From NCBI RefSeq assembly GCF_016432865.1, contig NC_067401.1, positions 248,496,001-248,560,000 of the forward strand: a DNA stretch of 64,000 bases, written 5' to 3'. Both the position numbers and the translations under genes were made by a program. The notes beneath the pieces are model-generated. The model was given only the letters and a program-made list of their open reading frames with translations, ran no database searches and had not been told where the DNA came from. Positions within the stretch are counted from its first letter, which is position 1. Every line of letters begins with the position of its first letter. Positions 13,478-28,030 of this stretch are shown here, piece by piece. The DNA comes from Antechinus flavipes. Taxonomy: Eukaryota.

Positions 13478-14159
13478 CTAAAATCAATTCAAATACATTC
13501 ACTCAATACAATTTTGTAATTTTAAAAATTGATCTAGAATAGTAAAATAATACTTAAATAATGATACAGCATTTTTCCCCCTTGATTTTAGTACGCTTGT
13601 TGGACATTTCAAACAATGTTCCATAGTCACCTAAAGCTCAACATATTCAAACTAGAACACAAATTTAAACAAAATAAAAACACCAAACCATTCTGACAAT
13701 TATTTCAGTGAAACCAATTTTCTTTATAATTGTACGTATTTTTAAAAACTCATTTAAATATGTTATTCTATAAAGGAGAATACAGACTGTCAAAGGGGTC
13801 GACAATATGTATATATATACATAGATGTATATATGTGTACTCTAAGGCTACATTTTATCTAGATGATATATCCCCTATTTAGAAAGAGAGTACTTGTCAA
13901 GGTAGGAGGTTTTTTTTTTTTTTTTTGTCCCCAGAGCCCGGCACACAGTAAGTGCTAAAATACTATTTCTTGATTTTTACTCCCTATCCTTTATAAAATA
14001 CATTTTTATAATATAATTCTGATTTTACAACAGAAAATATAGAATCCTTTTCAAAGATTGTTTATAATGTTATTTCATGAGCAAGTACATTCATTCCCTT
14101 TTCTGGGTAAGAGATTAATGGTGATAATCAGTGAAATAAAACAATAAAAAATAAATTAC

Positions 14160-14210
14160 CTTCCTTTTACGGGTAGACGTTCCTGGCACATCAGCATCTT
14201 TCTCTTCTTC
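14160..14210 (-). CDS. PHIP: PHIP exon ~34 (51 nt)
   Basis: EEEKDADVPGTSTRKRK; ttcaaag| acceptor, |gtaatt donor; phase 0-0. Confidence 0.92.
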
Positions 14211-14725
14211 CTTTGAAGCAAGGAATTTATGAGTTTCATAAAACAATGGGAAATAAAATTTCTTATCTTACTCTGTACATTATTTAAATTTAACTACTTA
14301 TGTTCATCTTTCTTCCCCTTAACTTGGAATGCCTTGAAAATACCAGGATATCTGACTGGGTCCACCATAAACTTGTTACATCATAGCACATATTATATAG
14401 CAAGACAAACCTTCTACACCTCTAATTCAATTATTATCTCACACAATATAGAAGATATTCCAAACCTTTTTTTTTATCCTCTCTTTAAATCTCCCATAGC
14501 TCTTTGTTCCACCCTGTAAACCAAGGCCCTTGTCCCAGACCAAAAAAATAGGAGCTCTCTTTTCTCTCCAACTCATTTATATCACCATATATAAACTACT
14601 CTCTTATTCCTTCATCTGTTTCAAATGAAAAGATAATGCTAAACTCTCATCATGCACTCTTTATTCTATTCATTCCTTGCTACCTATAAACAGGCTCAGG
14701 TCTCCTCTCCCTCACTTCCCCCCTA

Positions 14726-14868
14726 TTTTTTTTACTGAGGCAATTGGGGATAAGTGACTTGCCTAGGGTCACACAGCCAGGGAATGTTAAGTGTCTGAGG
14801 TCAGATCTGAACTCAAGTCTTTTTGACTTCAGGGCCAGTGCTCTATCTACTGTGCCATCTAGCCACCC
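14726..14868 (-). mobile_element. WSINE1-like tRNA-derived marsupial SINE
   Basis: gaggcaattggggataagtgacttgcctagggtcacacag...gctctatctactgtgccatctagccaccc with poly-T end. Confidence 0.85.
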
Positions 14869-15724
14869 TTCTTCCATTCTTAAACTTCACTTAATCCATC
14901 TGACTGGTTCAACTCCTTGAGAATGCTGTCTATATTAGGAGCTTCCACTTTCCACTCAGTCTTAAATCTTTAAAAAAATGAAATGGAGGTTTATCATTTA
15001 ACTCAAAGTGTTCTCTCCCAAGTTACTTAATAATGAGTTTCAAATTATCAAATTTTGGTCTTTTCTCAATCCCTACTACTCTTAACCTCTTCTAAATCCT
15101 CAGACATTATTACTACTTGCTTCTCCTAAATATTCTTTTCTTACGATTTTCATGACCCTGCTCTCTGCTGGTTCACTTCCTCCCTGATTGCTAATTTTCT
15201 CCCTTCTGGTTTTTTGACTAAGTAATGCTCAGGACTGATGGATGTTTCCCAAGTCCTTTTCTTTTTTTTTCCTCTATCAGTTTCTACGTATTCATTCTAT
15301 TATCATATCTAAGCAAATGCTACCCAGATCTTATATTCAGCCATCTTCTCTTCTGAATTCGTCTTAAATCATTCAAATGCAATAGTTATCCTGAATTTAC
15401 AAGTTCTATAGTAATCCCAAACTCAACATGTCCAAAACAATTTATTTACCCTTTCCTCATGTCTCAATTTTTCAATACTACTGTGGGACCACAATATCCT
15501 TAGTCATCTAGGCTTGAAACTTGGGTTTTATTCTTAACTCTGTTCACTCACCCCTTATCTCCAATTTGTTATCAAATTATGTCTATTTTGACAATCTCTC
15601 TCACATGCTTTTTCTCCACATCCACACCAATCATCCTTGTATAATTCTTTTTGCATAGGCTTTAATGATTTAATAGTTTAAAAGAATTTTAAAATATAGT
15701 TTAATAGTTTTTTAAAAAATGTTG

Positions 15725-15855
15725 TTTTAGCAAGGCAATCAGGATTAAATGACTTGCCTAGGATCACATAGCTGGTAAGTGTCAAGTGTCTGAGATCACA
15801 TTTGAATCTGGGTCCTCCTGACTCTAGGGCCAATGCTCTAACCAATGAGACATAT
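15725..15855 (-). mobile_element. WSINE1-like SINE
   Basis: caaggcaatcaggattaaatgacttgcctaggatcacatagct...ctcctgactctagggccaatgctcta. Confidence 0.75.
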
Positions 15856-16625
15856 ATTTACTCCTAATAGCCCTTTAATTGTTCTCCCTGCTTCAACTTT
15901 TTCCCTATTCCAATTCACTCCTCAATCAGTTGCTTTTTCTAAATTGCAGGTTTAATGATATTACCCTCCTAACTCAACAAATTCTAGTAATTCCCTATTA
16001 TCTCTAGGATCAAATAGAAATTACTGATGGATTTTTAAAACCTCTTAACCTAGCCCCTCACAGTTTTCCAATATTCTTATATTTGATCTTCTCCTTGCAC
16101 CCTACAGCAGCCACACTAGCCCAAGCTATTATTTCTCACATGTTTTTCCTCCTAACTTCATGCACTTATAAAGGCCATCCCCAAGGCTCCTTTCTTTGGT
16201 TTCCATTAAGACAACTCAAATATCTTCTGCAGAAGTTTTTTCTGGTCTTTCCCATTATAATACCTGCCCCCAAGATTACTTTCTAATTATTCTGTTCATA
16301 TTTTTTATGTACTATTCTATAGACATACTGTTTTACACACTAGAAAGATATGTGTCTTTTCTTAATAGCTATAGTATTTAGTATATTACCAGGTACATAC
16401 ATAAAAAATTTAATAGATGCTTATTTACCACAACACTAACATTTCTGTTTATTAATAACTTTGTATATAGTTACATATAAACTATTACCAACTGAAATGA
16501 ACATAAAAAACCAAATTTTCTTCTAAAAAATGATATTTTTATCCCAAATGATAAACTAAAATATATAGGCTTATTTTGGTACACTGATTAAACTCTAATA
16601 ATAACAATAAAATTTTAAAAATTAC

Positions 16626-16695
16626 CTCTGAATCAGAGAGGACTTTTTTCTTCATTGTATTGTAGAGTGGAATGATGTTATAGCAAGTCTGATCT
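16626..16695 (-). CDS. PHIP: PHIP exon ~33 (70 nt)
   Basis: (K)[23 protein letters not shown]; tatatag| acceptor, |gtaatt donor; phase 2-0. Confidence 0.94.
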
Positions 16696-16747
16696 CTATA
16701 TAATAAGAAATGTTAGTTCAAATGCTTTTAATATCAAAATTTTAAAG

Positions 16748-16750
<3 letters not shown>

Positions 16751-16782
<32 letters not shown>
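16751..16782. repeat. (TA)16 microsatellite
   Basis: Read directly. Confidence 0.95.
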
Positions 16783-16783
<1 letters not shown>

Positions 16784-18129
16784 CGTTAAGAGCTAAAATA
16801 ATTTTGTATTACTGAAGTATTTAAATAAGCATATCAAAACTTTGGGAGGTTACAAAACTCCATAAATTATTGAAAAATTTGCCCACAACATGTTAAATAC
16901 CCACAATTTCAATCAAATCTACCTTTCCAAATTCATTTCTTATTTATTCCTCTGAATATGAGCACTGAAATCCTTCCCAGGATGTTCCCCTTCAACCATA
17001 CAACTCCTACCCATCTTTCAAAACTAGTTCAAATTCTTAGAAACATCACTTGACTACTCTACAATTATCATTCCTTTAAATTCTTTAACTTTCTTAAACA
17101 GATTGTAAGTTTCTTGAAACTCAGAAACATGTCATTTTCTCTGTACCCAGCATCTTAGTAAATAACTAGTTCTCCAACTTGAGAGGGCTGATGTGATTTA
17201 AGTGAACTTCCTCAACCATTCTCCTAGTCATTCTATTTTAATTATTGTTTTCTTTTGCTTCACAACTTTAATCTCCTCTAGTAACTTAATCTATCAATCT
17301 TATTCAGGTATTTTTCTTTAGTAGCCATCACACATGCTTAACTTCTACCTAGCTGTCTTGTGAATAGCTTGAACTAAATATGTTTAAGTTAAAATCTTCA
17401 CCTCTCTTGCCAATCCATTTTTTGTTCTGACTTTGCAATTTTTGTTAATGGAATCACCACTTCAATTATCTAGTAAAATAATTTTAACTCTGCATTTGGC
17501 AACTATAATCTTCCTTTCCTAGTTTCATATTTCCTAATCACCTTAAATTCCAGAAAAAATTTAACTAATCATTTTGTTGTACTTTCTCCAGTTTTGTTCT
17601 TGATAGTGTCAAGTCAGAATACCCTTTACCTCTCATAGTACTCTACTGACTAAGACAGGTTAAATATTTCTATCTCTATTGAATCTTCTTAATACCTTCA
17701 CCACAGAACTCCTGAGGTCTCTTGGTATGACATTTAGCATAAGCTATCTCGCAGTACAGATGTTATTTATGTTAGATTTTATATTCTTGGGGTAGCTAAT
17801 GCTGATTTTTATATCAAAAATAATTTTAAAAAATCTGCCAACATATTAAACACAGTGCCTAAGTGCAATAAATACTTGAGCAGAGTAATGCTTGTTCAAT
17901 TCATAACAAATGACAAGTTTTGTAGTTAAGTATCTAAAATCTCAAAAATGATCTATCCTAAATAATCTTTTCACAGAAGCTGAATTGGAAGGAATTGGAA
18001 GGAATACCATAGCAGTCACATCCACTTAAATACAGTATATTGTGTGGGTGTGGGTGTGTGTATGTGTATGTGTGTGTGTGTGTGGTGTTAAATATGGCAA
18101 ATATAATAAAGTGCTCATCCTGATTTTCG

Positions 18130-19215
18130 GTAAAGATCTCTGATGAGGGAGAAATTTATTAGTTTCTAAGACAGTCCATTCTATTCAGTTTCAATAAGTA
18201 GAAAGATTTTTCCGCATCTCAAAACTCATTTGCTATTCTCTCTTGTTCCTAAGCTTGATTGTTCTGGCAACATGCAAAATAACAAAATATCTTTTCTACA
18301 AGACAATCCTTCAAAAACTTAAAGATTCTCCCCGCTCCCCACCCCTTCACAAATCCTCCCATCTCCAAGCTATATATTTCAAGTTCCTTCAAATTTTGGG
18401 GTCCTCCTTGATTCTGCCCTCTATTACATCCTCCAATATCTAGACTCAAAGTCTTGTTAATTCTATTTAACTTTCTTAAAATTCTGATTCTGATAAGATT
18501 ATACATTTGAAGTACTGTCTTCAGGACAATGATAATCTTGAAACATTTCAAAGTAGGATAGTGAAACTGATGAAAAGCCTCAAGATAAGAATGATTTGAA
18601 AAAATAGCTAAGTTTAGCCCTCCCTGCCAAAGGATACTTAAGGAATAAGGTATAGAGGTCTTTTAAGTATTTGAAGGACTGTCAAATGAAAGAGAAATAA
18701 GACAGACTGAGTTAATGTTCTTTGAAAATTTTTCCTATCAATTATTGCTATCCCAATTTGACATGGAGTACTTCAGAAAGTCTTAAGGCCAAGAATAAGT
18801 GATTCTTATCTTTTCAGTTTCACTGGATATTATTCTCCCTCCTACATTCTGTGATCTAGACCAGACAAATTGGCCTTTTCTTTTCAGATATGATACTATT
18901 TTTTGTCTTTATCTTTGCAATCAACACCTCATATATTTCAAATGTTCTCCTTCCTTATTTCTACTTCCTAAGTATCCTTATTCTTCCTTTGAGATATGTC
19001 AAGCAATATTTTCTGCATGAAATCTTTTCTGTTTCCTCTACTAGTTCCATCCTTCAACTATTTTATAATTATGCTCTGTATACATCAATTTTATATATAC
19101 CTATATTATGTAGGTATTTGTGTCCCACAATAAAAGTAAATTCCTTACAAACAGGGATGGCTTCATTCTTTCTAGTTGTTTTCTCAACAACTGGTATCAT
19201 ACACAAAGAAAAGTA
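18130..19215 (+). mobile_element. L2 remnants
   Basis: C/T-rich L2-like tracts ending aaagtaaattccttacaaacagggatggcttcattc...tggtatcatacacaaag. Confidence 0.55.
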
Positions 19216-19656
19216 CTTCATACTTATTGTATTATTTCATTTATATCTATGAAGATCACGCTGGGGGCATTATGCAAAAATGGTGAGAGTGGAAAAATCA
19301 GAAGGTATGGTATATAGCAAAGCATTTTGCTTAACTTAGTATTCTAAAGGCTAATTATCCTTTGGTATATTATTTGTTAAACACAAACTATACCAATTGT
19401 GGGGCATACAAATATCAATGTCATTGGTGACAATACCTTATATACACAAGCTCTGTATTTAGTTTTCTTCAAAAGAGATTTTAAGATGCAATGGATTCCT
19501 TTAAAGTCTTCTCCAAGTCTAAGTATATAAACAATCCTGTATGCATTTACTTTGAGCTATGTAATAGTATTTATATTAATATCAGTCCTACTTTATATTA
19601 TTAATTGTTGTTATAATAGTTAAAATTAATTTTTAAACATCATATTCATGAACTTA

Positions 19657-19815
<159 letters not shown>

Positions 19816-21662
19816 TCAAAATTCTACATAGAAATTAAAATTAGATCTTACTATTTTTGCTTCTAATCTCAAAATTACAGAAGACAAAATCATAACTCTA
19901 ATAAACATTATTTAATTTACTGTTATGATATATGGATGAAACAATTATATAGCTGAACAGATCACCTGTGGAATATGAATGAATAAAAAGAACAATGAGT
20001 TTATTGTGAACATAACTAAAGAAAAATTATGCTCTGAATACTAAACCAAATATTGATGGAGAATTACTTCTAATGGTTCAAATTCTAGACTGAAACAAAC
20101 TCTATATAGTCTCCAGAGAACTGTTCAGGGAATAGTCCTTAAAATACATCTAGTGGAAGGAATGAAAAAATAAATACCTTTACCTACCAAACACCCCAAA
20201 AGCCCTTCCCTCACCTTACCCAAAATAAAGACTTCTAGCAACTATAGTCACATAGAATACAATCATATATCAGAAGCAAACAAAAAATGGATATGGATAG
20301 CAAACACTCATTAAGGGGGAAAAAAAACACCCAACTATATATTTTATTATATCAGAGGTAAGGCCAAATAAAAGTCCTCAAACCCAAACAGGCTTATATA
20401 AAAATAAGAGAGCAAGACATACTGACAAGAACAATGAGGTAAACATCTCAGGAAGAGGTTGGAAGGAAGAGAAAAGATGACTTCTTAAAAAAAGTATAAA
20501 AGTACCATAGGCTCATCTGAATATAGAGAAAACTAATGCCAACATATCTTAATAACTTGATGGCAAAGTACAGTATTTTATAATAAAGATTCTATGCTTT
20601 TAAGGGAATATTAAATCATAACTATATACAGTGGATAAAATAGCTTTCAATTTTTAATTTTAAAGTCCATTTTGGAACTCAGAATGAAGCTTCTTGTACA
20701 AATAATGCTATAAATGGTTGACAAGTTTCTATCCTAGTACACAAAAACCTATTTGCCCTTTTGTGGAGAATTTTAAAAAGCATCTCAAATTAAGACTTCA
20801 GAAATATACTTTTCAACCATACAAAACTATTTCTAAATAATGGGTTGGTTCTAAAATACCAGTAGTACTCTATTTAGAATTCTTAACAACCTTCACATGA
20901 CACTGGAGCCAAGATATGAAGTGATGAACTGACGAAGGAGCTTTGGGAAGATGGACCAAAAAACAAACCAAAACAAAAAAACAAAAAAACAAACCAAAAC
21001 AACAACAAAAAACCCACCCCACAATAGTGTGAGCCCAGGATGACAGTGGAATATGCAACACAAAAAGGAATGGGAATGAAATCTTCAGAAACAATGGGAA
21101 AAGAAGCTCATAACTGCTGATATGTAAAGAAACATGTTAAAATAGTTACTTGTATTCTTTTTGAAAAAAGTAATGTTATACAGTTTTATCAAGTCAGTTG
21201 AAATGAAAAAAAAAATCCTAAGTTAAAAGAAAAATAAAGGAATTATAAGCAAGTAAAAGTTTATCAAAGCTACAAAATCAAAAGGACTTTTAAGATGAAA
21301 ATGGAAAATGTGATTTCCTTAAATATTTTTCTCTGTTTCTGAATGTTTTCAAATGTCTATAGACTCTAAGACATAAGGATAAAAGGACAATTACTTACTT
21401 TTTTATCAGTATTCAAAAATTGCATAACTAAAGCAAACACATAATTTTGTGCCTTTTCTCCCCTTAAGAAAACTCTGTGTTGGGTTTTCTATTATCCAAT
21501 ATAGAATAATTAAGAAAGGTGAGTGAAATTAGTTTAGGAAATAAAAGTACTGTATTCAAAACTTTTCCAAAGAATAGTCTCAATTAAGAAGACCATTTAG
21601 TAATAATACTATCCTCTCCCTCTCCCCAGCTACACCTTCTCCAGTAATAAATACATAACTTA

Positions 21663-22750
<1,088 letters not shown>

Positions 22751-22989
22751 TTACATGTTAAAAAACACTTTTAAACAAAGATTTCATTAATTTTCAAAAC
22801 CATCTTATCTCTAATCTAATTATGTACTTTTTATAAATATATGTAAAGAGAAACTTTTTTATTATTCCTAAATTAAATATTCTGAAATTAACTCTTAAGG
22901 GCTGTATTATCTGATTCATTGTTAACAACATAAGATTAAATATCTCTTTTTTGGAGTATAGTGGGAGGCAGGATACAGATCTGTAAATT

Positions 22990-23190
22990 AATTAGTGTGG
23001 GGAATTAACAGTATGAAAACAACTTCCACTAATGCAGTAGTTAAACAATTCATCTGCAACTAATATTCCCAGAGTTCTCATGACATTGAGATGTTAAGTG
23101 ATCTGCTTAGATACAGTCAAAATGGACTACAGTATAACTTGAACCCAAGTCTCCCTAACTCCAAGACCATGCCTCTTTCCACTGAGTCAA
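22990..23190 (-). mobile_element. MIR3-like SINE
   Basis: cccagagttctcatgacattgagatgttaagtgatctg...cttgaacccaagtctccctaactccaag. Confidence 0.55.
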
Positions 23191-24297
23191 TAAAGATCAG
23201 AGCATTTCTACATTACATATGTCCACTACCACACATTACTATAAAATGAACACATAGGGAACACTGAGTGTATATTTTAACAAATTAAAAAAAAAGTTTT
23301 GCCAAACTTAATCCTCTATGAAATTCTAAACTTTTTATCATCATCATCATCTTGTCATTTTACTCTGATATTTCATACTTTACAGCAAGACGCAATCATT
23401 AAAACAATACTGATGTTTAAAAAATGATAGGTTTTGTTTTAGGGGAAGGTTGATGCCATTAAAAGCACTATTAAATTTTCATGTTCATTATTTACCTGCA
23501 GGCAGTAAAGAAAATCATAGTCTACAAATAATTGAAGTTGCAGGCTACTCAAAGGGACATGTAGACAAATATGAATAGGTTGGTACTATTTCCAACCAAG
23601 AAATACACATAGAAAACTATGCAAAAGATATCATCACAAAAAGACAAATCAAAAAGGAGTTTGGGAAGGTCATCTATCAAGAGCAAAGATTTAACAAAGG
23701 CTTTCTGTGATTCAGTTGTATTCCATACAGCCTTGATATAATTTCCAAAAAATTTCTGCAATACCAACAAAATCTGCAAATTATCTAAGACGTCTTATAT
23801 AAAAAATAGATCTGAAAACTATCACTTTCTTTTGAATCTATTACCAATACAAATCTATTTTACATAAAAATCTATTACAAACAATAAGTGAAAAAGATGA
23901 GTCCTTCAGCAATAATTTAATGAATAAATTTCCCAATATATAAAGGATGCAGTCATCTTGAGCACACAGGTTTGGAGCTAAAAGGGACCATAAAGATCAA
24001 AATCTAAACCCATAATGTGTTTTTCATCTACAATGAATAAGATGCCCCTCTTTAAAAAAAAAAAAAAAACTTAAAATAATTTCCCCAACTTACCCCATAA
24101 CTGAATTCTTTCTTTTAAATTTTTTCTTAAATTTTTTTTTTTTTAAAAGCAGAACTCAACTAAGAAAAAAACCACAAACAGTAACATATGCAACACTGCA
24201 CACCTATAGTACCTCTGTATAGAGGAGACATTGTATCTTTCAGGCTCGAGACTAATAACACCAATATATCTGAGTTTGGTAATTTTTTTTTTTTGGT

Positions 24298-24418
24298 GGA
24301 AGGAAGGAAGAAAAAGGGTGGAGGGAGGGAGGGAAGAAGGAAGGAAAGGACAAGAGAAAGGGAAGGGAGGGAGGAAAGGAAGGAGAGGAGAGGAGAGGAA
24401 GAAAGTATAAAGGAAGGT
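24298..24418. repeat. GA-rich polypurine low-complexity tract
   Basis: ggaaggaaggaagaaaaaggg...gagggagggaagaaggaagg...; almost pure purine on the + strand. Confidence 0.9.
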
Positions 24419-25221
24419 AAAGACATTATCAATGAAGTACTACTACACAGAACAATCTTCTAGCAAGTCTTGAGAGCAGACACAAACCAATACAGGTTTT
24501 GGTGGCAAACCCTCTGGCATATTCACAGGCCAACTGTGAATCAGTTTTACTATATCAGATTCAGTCTTTTAATTCAATTCTACATATCTACTTGTTTTTG
24601 AATAGGCTGTCAAAAAACCATTTTAAAAGATTCTACATACTTTTAAGAAAAAACATAAACTTCTTTTAAAATACTTTTACTACTTCAGAAAAATCAATCC
24701 CACCAAATTTCCTTATGTTGTTAATTCGATATAATAAATTAATTATGTTCCTTAATAAATTGGATTATGTACAAAGGACCACTTAACAAGACTGAAAAAC
24801 CATGTCACATAATTTGTTTAGGCAGTTGTGAAAAAGTAGAGAATAGGGACATTTGATCAGTATTTTTGATTAAATGAAAGGTTTTTACATAAAATTAGAA
24901 TTTTTCTATATTGTTATAATGGGTAGAATTAGGATTAATCAGTGGAAATTGTGGGAAGGCAGATAAACTTTAACAGAAAAAAGAACTAAAGACTAAAGTT
25001 GCCAAAAAAAGAAATGAATCACCTCATCAGGCAGTGTGTTCTATGTCACTTTCAGGGTTAAAAGAGAATATTGCTGGATAACTACTTGAAAGAGACATTA
25101 TAAAAGTATAAAAGCATCTAGCATGGATCCTTGAAAATTCCAAAACAATATATAATTTTCAGTTTTATTTCTGCTCCAATTTTCTATCTGTGTACCAAGT
25201 TTCCTACTTTTTGCATCTTAC

Positions 25222-25377
25222 CTAGTGTCATGAGCTGGTTTATTCCTGTGATAATTCTTTCACATTCTTCATCCCTGGAATTAGAACCCCATTCTCCATC
25301 CAAAGGTTTATATATTAATGTTCTGCATTCAACATCAGTTAAAGGAACACTTGTTCCTAGCTCTTCAGGAAATACAG
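25222..25377 (-). CDS. PHIP: PHIP exon ~30 (156 nt)
   Basis: (A)[51 protein letters not shown]; cattttag| acceptor, G|gtaaga donor; phase 1-1. Missed by the ORF track. Confidence 0.95.
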
Positions 25378-26392
25378 CTAAAATGCATCAAAAAGAAAAT
25401 TTGAGAAAATTAGGAACATTAATGAAAATATATATGGAAAGTCCTTAACTCAAGGATCTTAGTTTGAAATTCCTTGAAAAGACCTTACAATTTTATGACA
25501 GGTTCATTAATATAAAATATATTTTATTCTCCAATATGTCAATTCCTGAAAATAATGCTCTAATAGTTAATATAAGAGTTTATTTTAAGAAAAATAAGTT
25601 TCACATCAGAATTTTAAAACTTGTAAGTTTAAAAAAGTTGAAGTCATTAGTTTTACATTATTTCCATAATTAACAAATTCCTTTTCAAAAGTTAGGAAGT
25701 CAAAGTCTACCAATCAGTCAATCACTAAGTAAGCATTCATTAAAGCCATCTGCAACAGTGAAGGAAGGCATCATTTCTTTACCAGGAGCTCTCTACATGG
25801 AAATCATAATCACAACATTTCCTCCCATAAAAACCATGAGTCTTGCCAAAAAAACAAAAACAAAAGCTCCTATTAATATATTGCTTTAAGGTTTCCCAAA
25901 GCATCTACATACACTGTCTTATTTGATGCTGAGAACAATCCTACACAGAAAAGACATTATTATTATTCCCCATTTAAGAGATGAATAAAAGATTTTGAAA
26001 TCAGATATTCCAGACTCCAATACTAGTATCCTATCCCTTTGTAGTGCTTATCTATTAAAAACAAGTGCCCCTCTCTGAACAGAGAGAATTTTATTTTGGT
26101 GAAACATAAAAAATGTCATTTTAAAAATGTGAAATGAAAAATTTCCAAGAGTTCTATTACTCAATGAATATTAAAAACTGATCTAAAACTTAATTTTTCA
26201 ATTTTCAAACTGTCTCAAATATCTTCTTTCCAAAAAACAAACAAAAAAAATCTTCTTTTCAATTATTTTTTGGATGAAACATTTACATTTTTTTCCAAAT
26301 AGTTCCTACTTCATCTAATTTTAACTCAAAATCTCTTTTCTATTCATCATGTAACTTCAGTTACATAAAGCATAATCTACAAATACACATAC

Positions 26393-26454
26393 CATTATTA
26401 GGAATAAGTTCCATATCCCAAGGGCTCATCTTTTCCGTGTCTCCATTATCCCAG
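26393..26454 (-). CDS. PHIP: PHIP exon ~29, Tudor-like region (62 nt)
   Basis: (C)[20 protein letters not shown]; ctttaag| acceptor, G|gtatgt donor; phase 2-1. Confidence 0.95.
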
Positions 26455-26651
26455 CTTAAAGAAAAATATAATACTTGCATTAAAATTTCAAGTAAAATAA
26501 TTGCTGAATGAATAAAAGATGCAATTTATCATAAGTTTAAAAAAAATGTCCATCATTTTGAGAGGCTGACTCATACTCAATAATCTGCTTCCTAGAAAGG
26601 AAATTTAAGAGGATAATTAGGTGAAACAAAGCAAAAAATATGAGATATTTA

Positions 26652-26792
<141 letters not shown>

Positions 26793-27169
26793 TTACTAAG
26801 ATATGTCATATGACAATTCATTTTTTGTATATACATTTCTAATGAAAATATCAAATTAGAGGTTCCAAGAGAATCAAAATGTCCAAAATCGATTATTTTT
26901 CTCCTCTAATTCTTATTTGTTAGAGGTACAGTCATTTTCATTTTCTGGGTTCATAACTTTGGCATTGGGATAACTAGATGGCATTGATTCATCTTCCTGA
27001 GTTCAAATTTGTCCTCACTAGCAGTATGAACCTGGACAAGTCATTTAACTTCTTCATCTGTAAAATGAACCAGATAAGGAAATGGCATATCACTCCAATA
27101 TCTTCGTCAAGAAAAATCCAAAATGTGTCACAATGAGTCAGGTATGACTGAATAACCAAAAAGGGGCAA

Positions 27170-28030
27170 AATTTTGGTATTATCCTCCACTCATCAAATT
27201 CTCTCATCCTATCCCCACAACATACCAAATATTACTGTTTCTATCTCCACATCTCTCACTATGACCCTTTTTTCCCATTCACACGGCTTCCAGCTTTAGT
27301 TCAGGCTCTTATTACCTTTCATCTAAACTAATTTAACTGCCTCTCCTAATTACTCTACCTCAAGTCTCTTTTCATTCAGATCCATTACATACGCTACTGC
27401 CAAAAGTAATTTTCATTAAACACAAAACCAATCAAGCTATTGATGGCTTCCCTCTTGCCTTTACCAAAAAAACAAACTCCTCTAAACAGCTTTTAAAACT
27501 CTTCACAACTTGGGCCCAACCTATGTTTTCAAGCTCAGTGAACATTATTATTCAATCTTAACTTATACTATTGCATTTGTAACAGTTACCTCCCCATACC
27601 TGAAATATACTCTGTACTTATTCCTGCCCCTTCCTATCTTTTTAGTCTGCACTATTTTCCTCCCTTTCCTAACTATAACATTATATGTTTCAAACTGATT
27701 GTGTTCCTGTACATAACACTCCCTCACTTGAAACCATGCTTTGTAAAGCCCTACCTCAAGACTGAAACTTTATTTCTCCTTACTTTCCCTTTGTGGAAAC
27801 TTTAGTTCCCTTCAAAAGTACTCTCCTGCTTTCTTAGTGATCAGAAGCCTTTCTCCCACTGAAGTCACTTTATAGTTATTTTTCCATGTTTCACATTATC
27901 TACATACATATACCCCAATAAATAACCCAGTAAAATATAATCTTCTTGGAGGCAAGTACTGTCTTGTTTTTTCTTTATAGACCTAGTATCTAGTATGGTG
28001 CTTGATATATAGCAGACATTTAATATATAC
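27170..28030 (+). mobile_element. L2 remnant
   Basis: gctactgccaaaagtaattttcattaaacac; 3' tail ttcttggaggcaagtactgtcttg...gtgcttgatatatagcagacatttaat. Confidence 0.65.

Larger units (their letters stand above)
14590..16425 (+). mobile_element. L2 LINE remnant split by two WSINE1 insertions
   Basis: Pyrimidine-rich L2 ORF2 remnants (aactcaacatgtccaaaac; ctagccacactagccc), ending in an L2 3' tail (caggtacatac...ttaatagatgcttatt). Confidence 0.7.

Noticed and set aside
14680-14877. ORFs inside repeats (also 21584-21805, 22267-22521, 53797-54018, 54931-55197)
   Set aside because: Chance frames within WSINE1, L1 or L3 remnants, not genes.
24160-24463. Overlapping 90- and 91-aa ORFs on both strands
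   Set aside because: Produced by the stop-free GA-rich tract; only the 57-nt internal segment is kept, as a cryptic exon candidate.
25131-25448. 105-aa + strand ORF (also 30311-30544 and 43175-43414)
   Set aside because: Each overlaps a PHIP exon in antisense and has no independent coding evidence.
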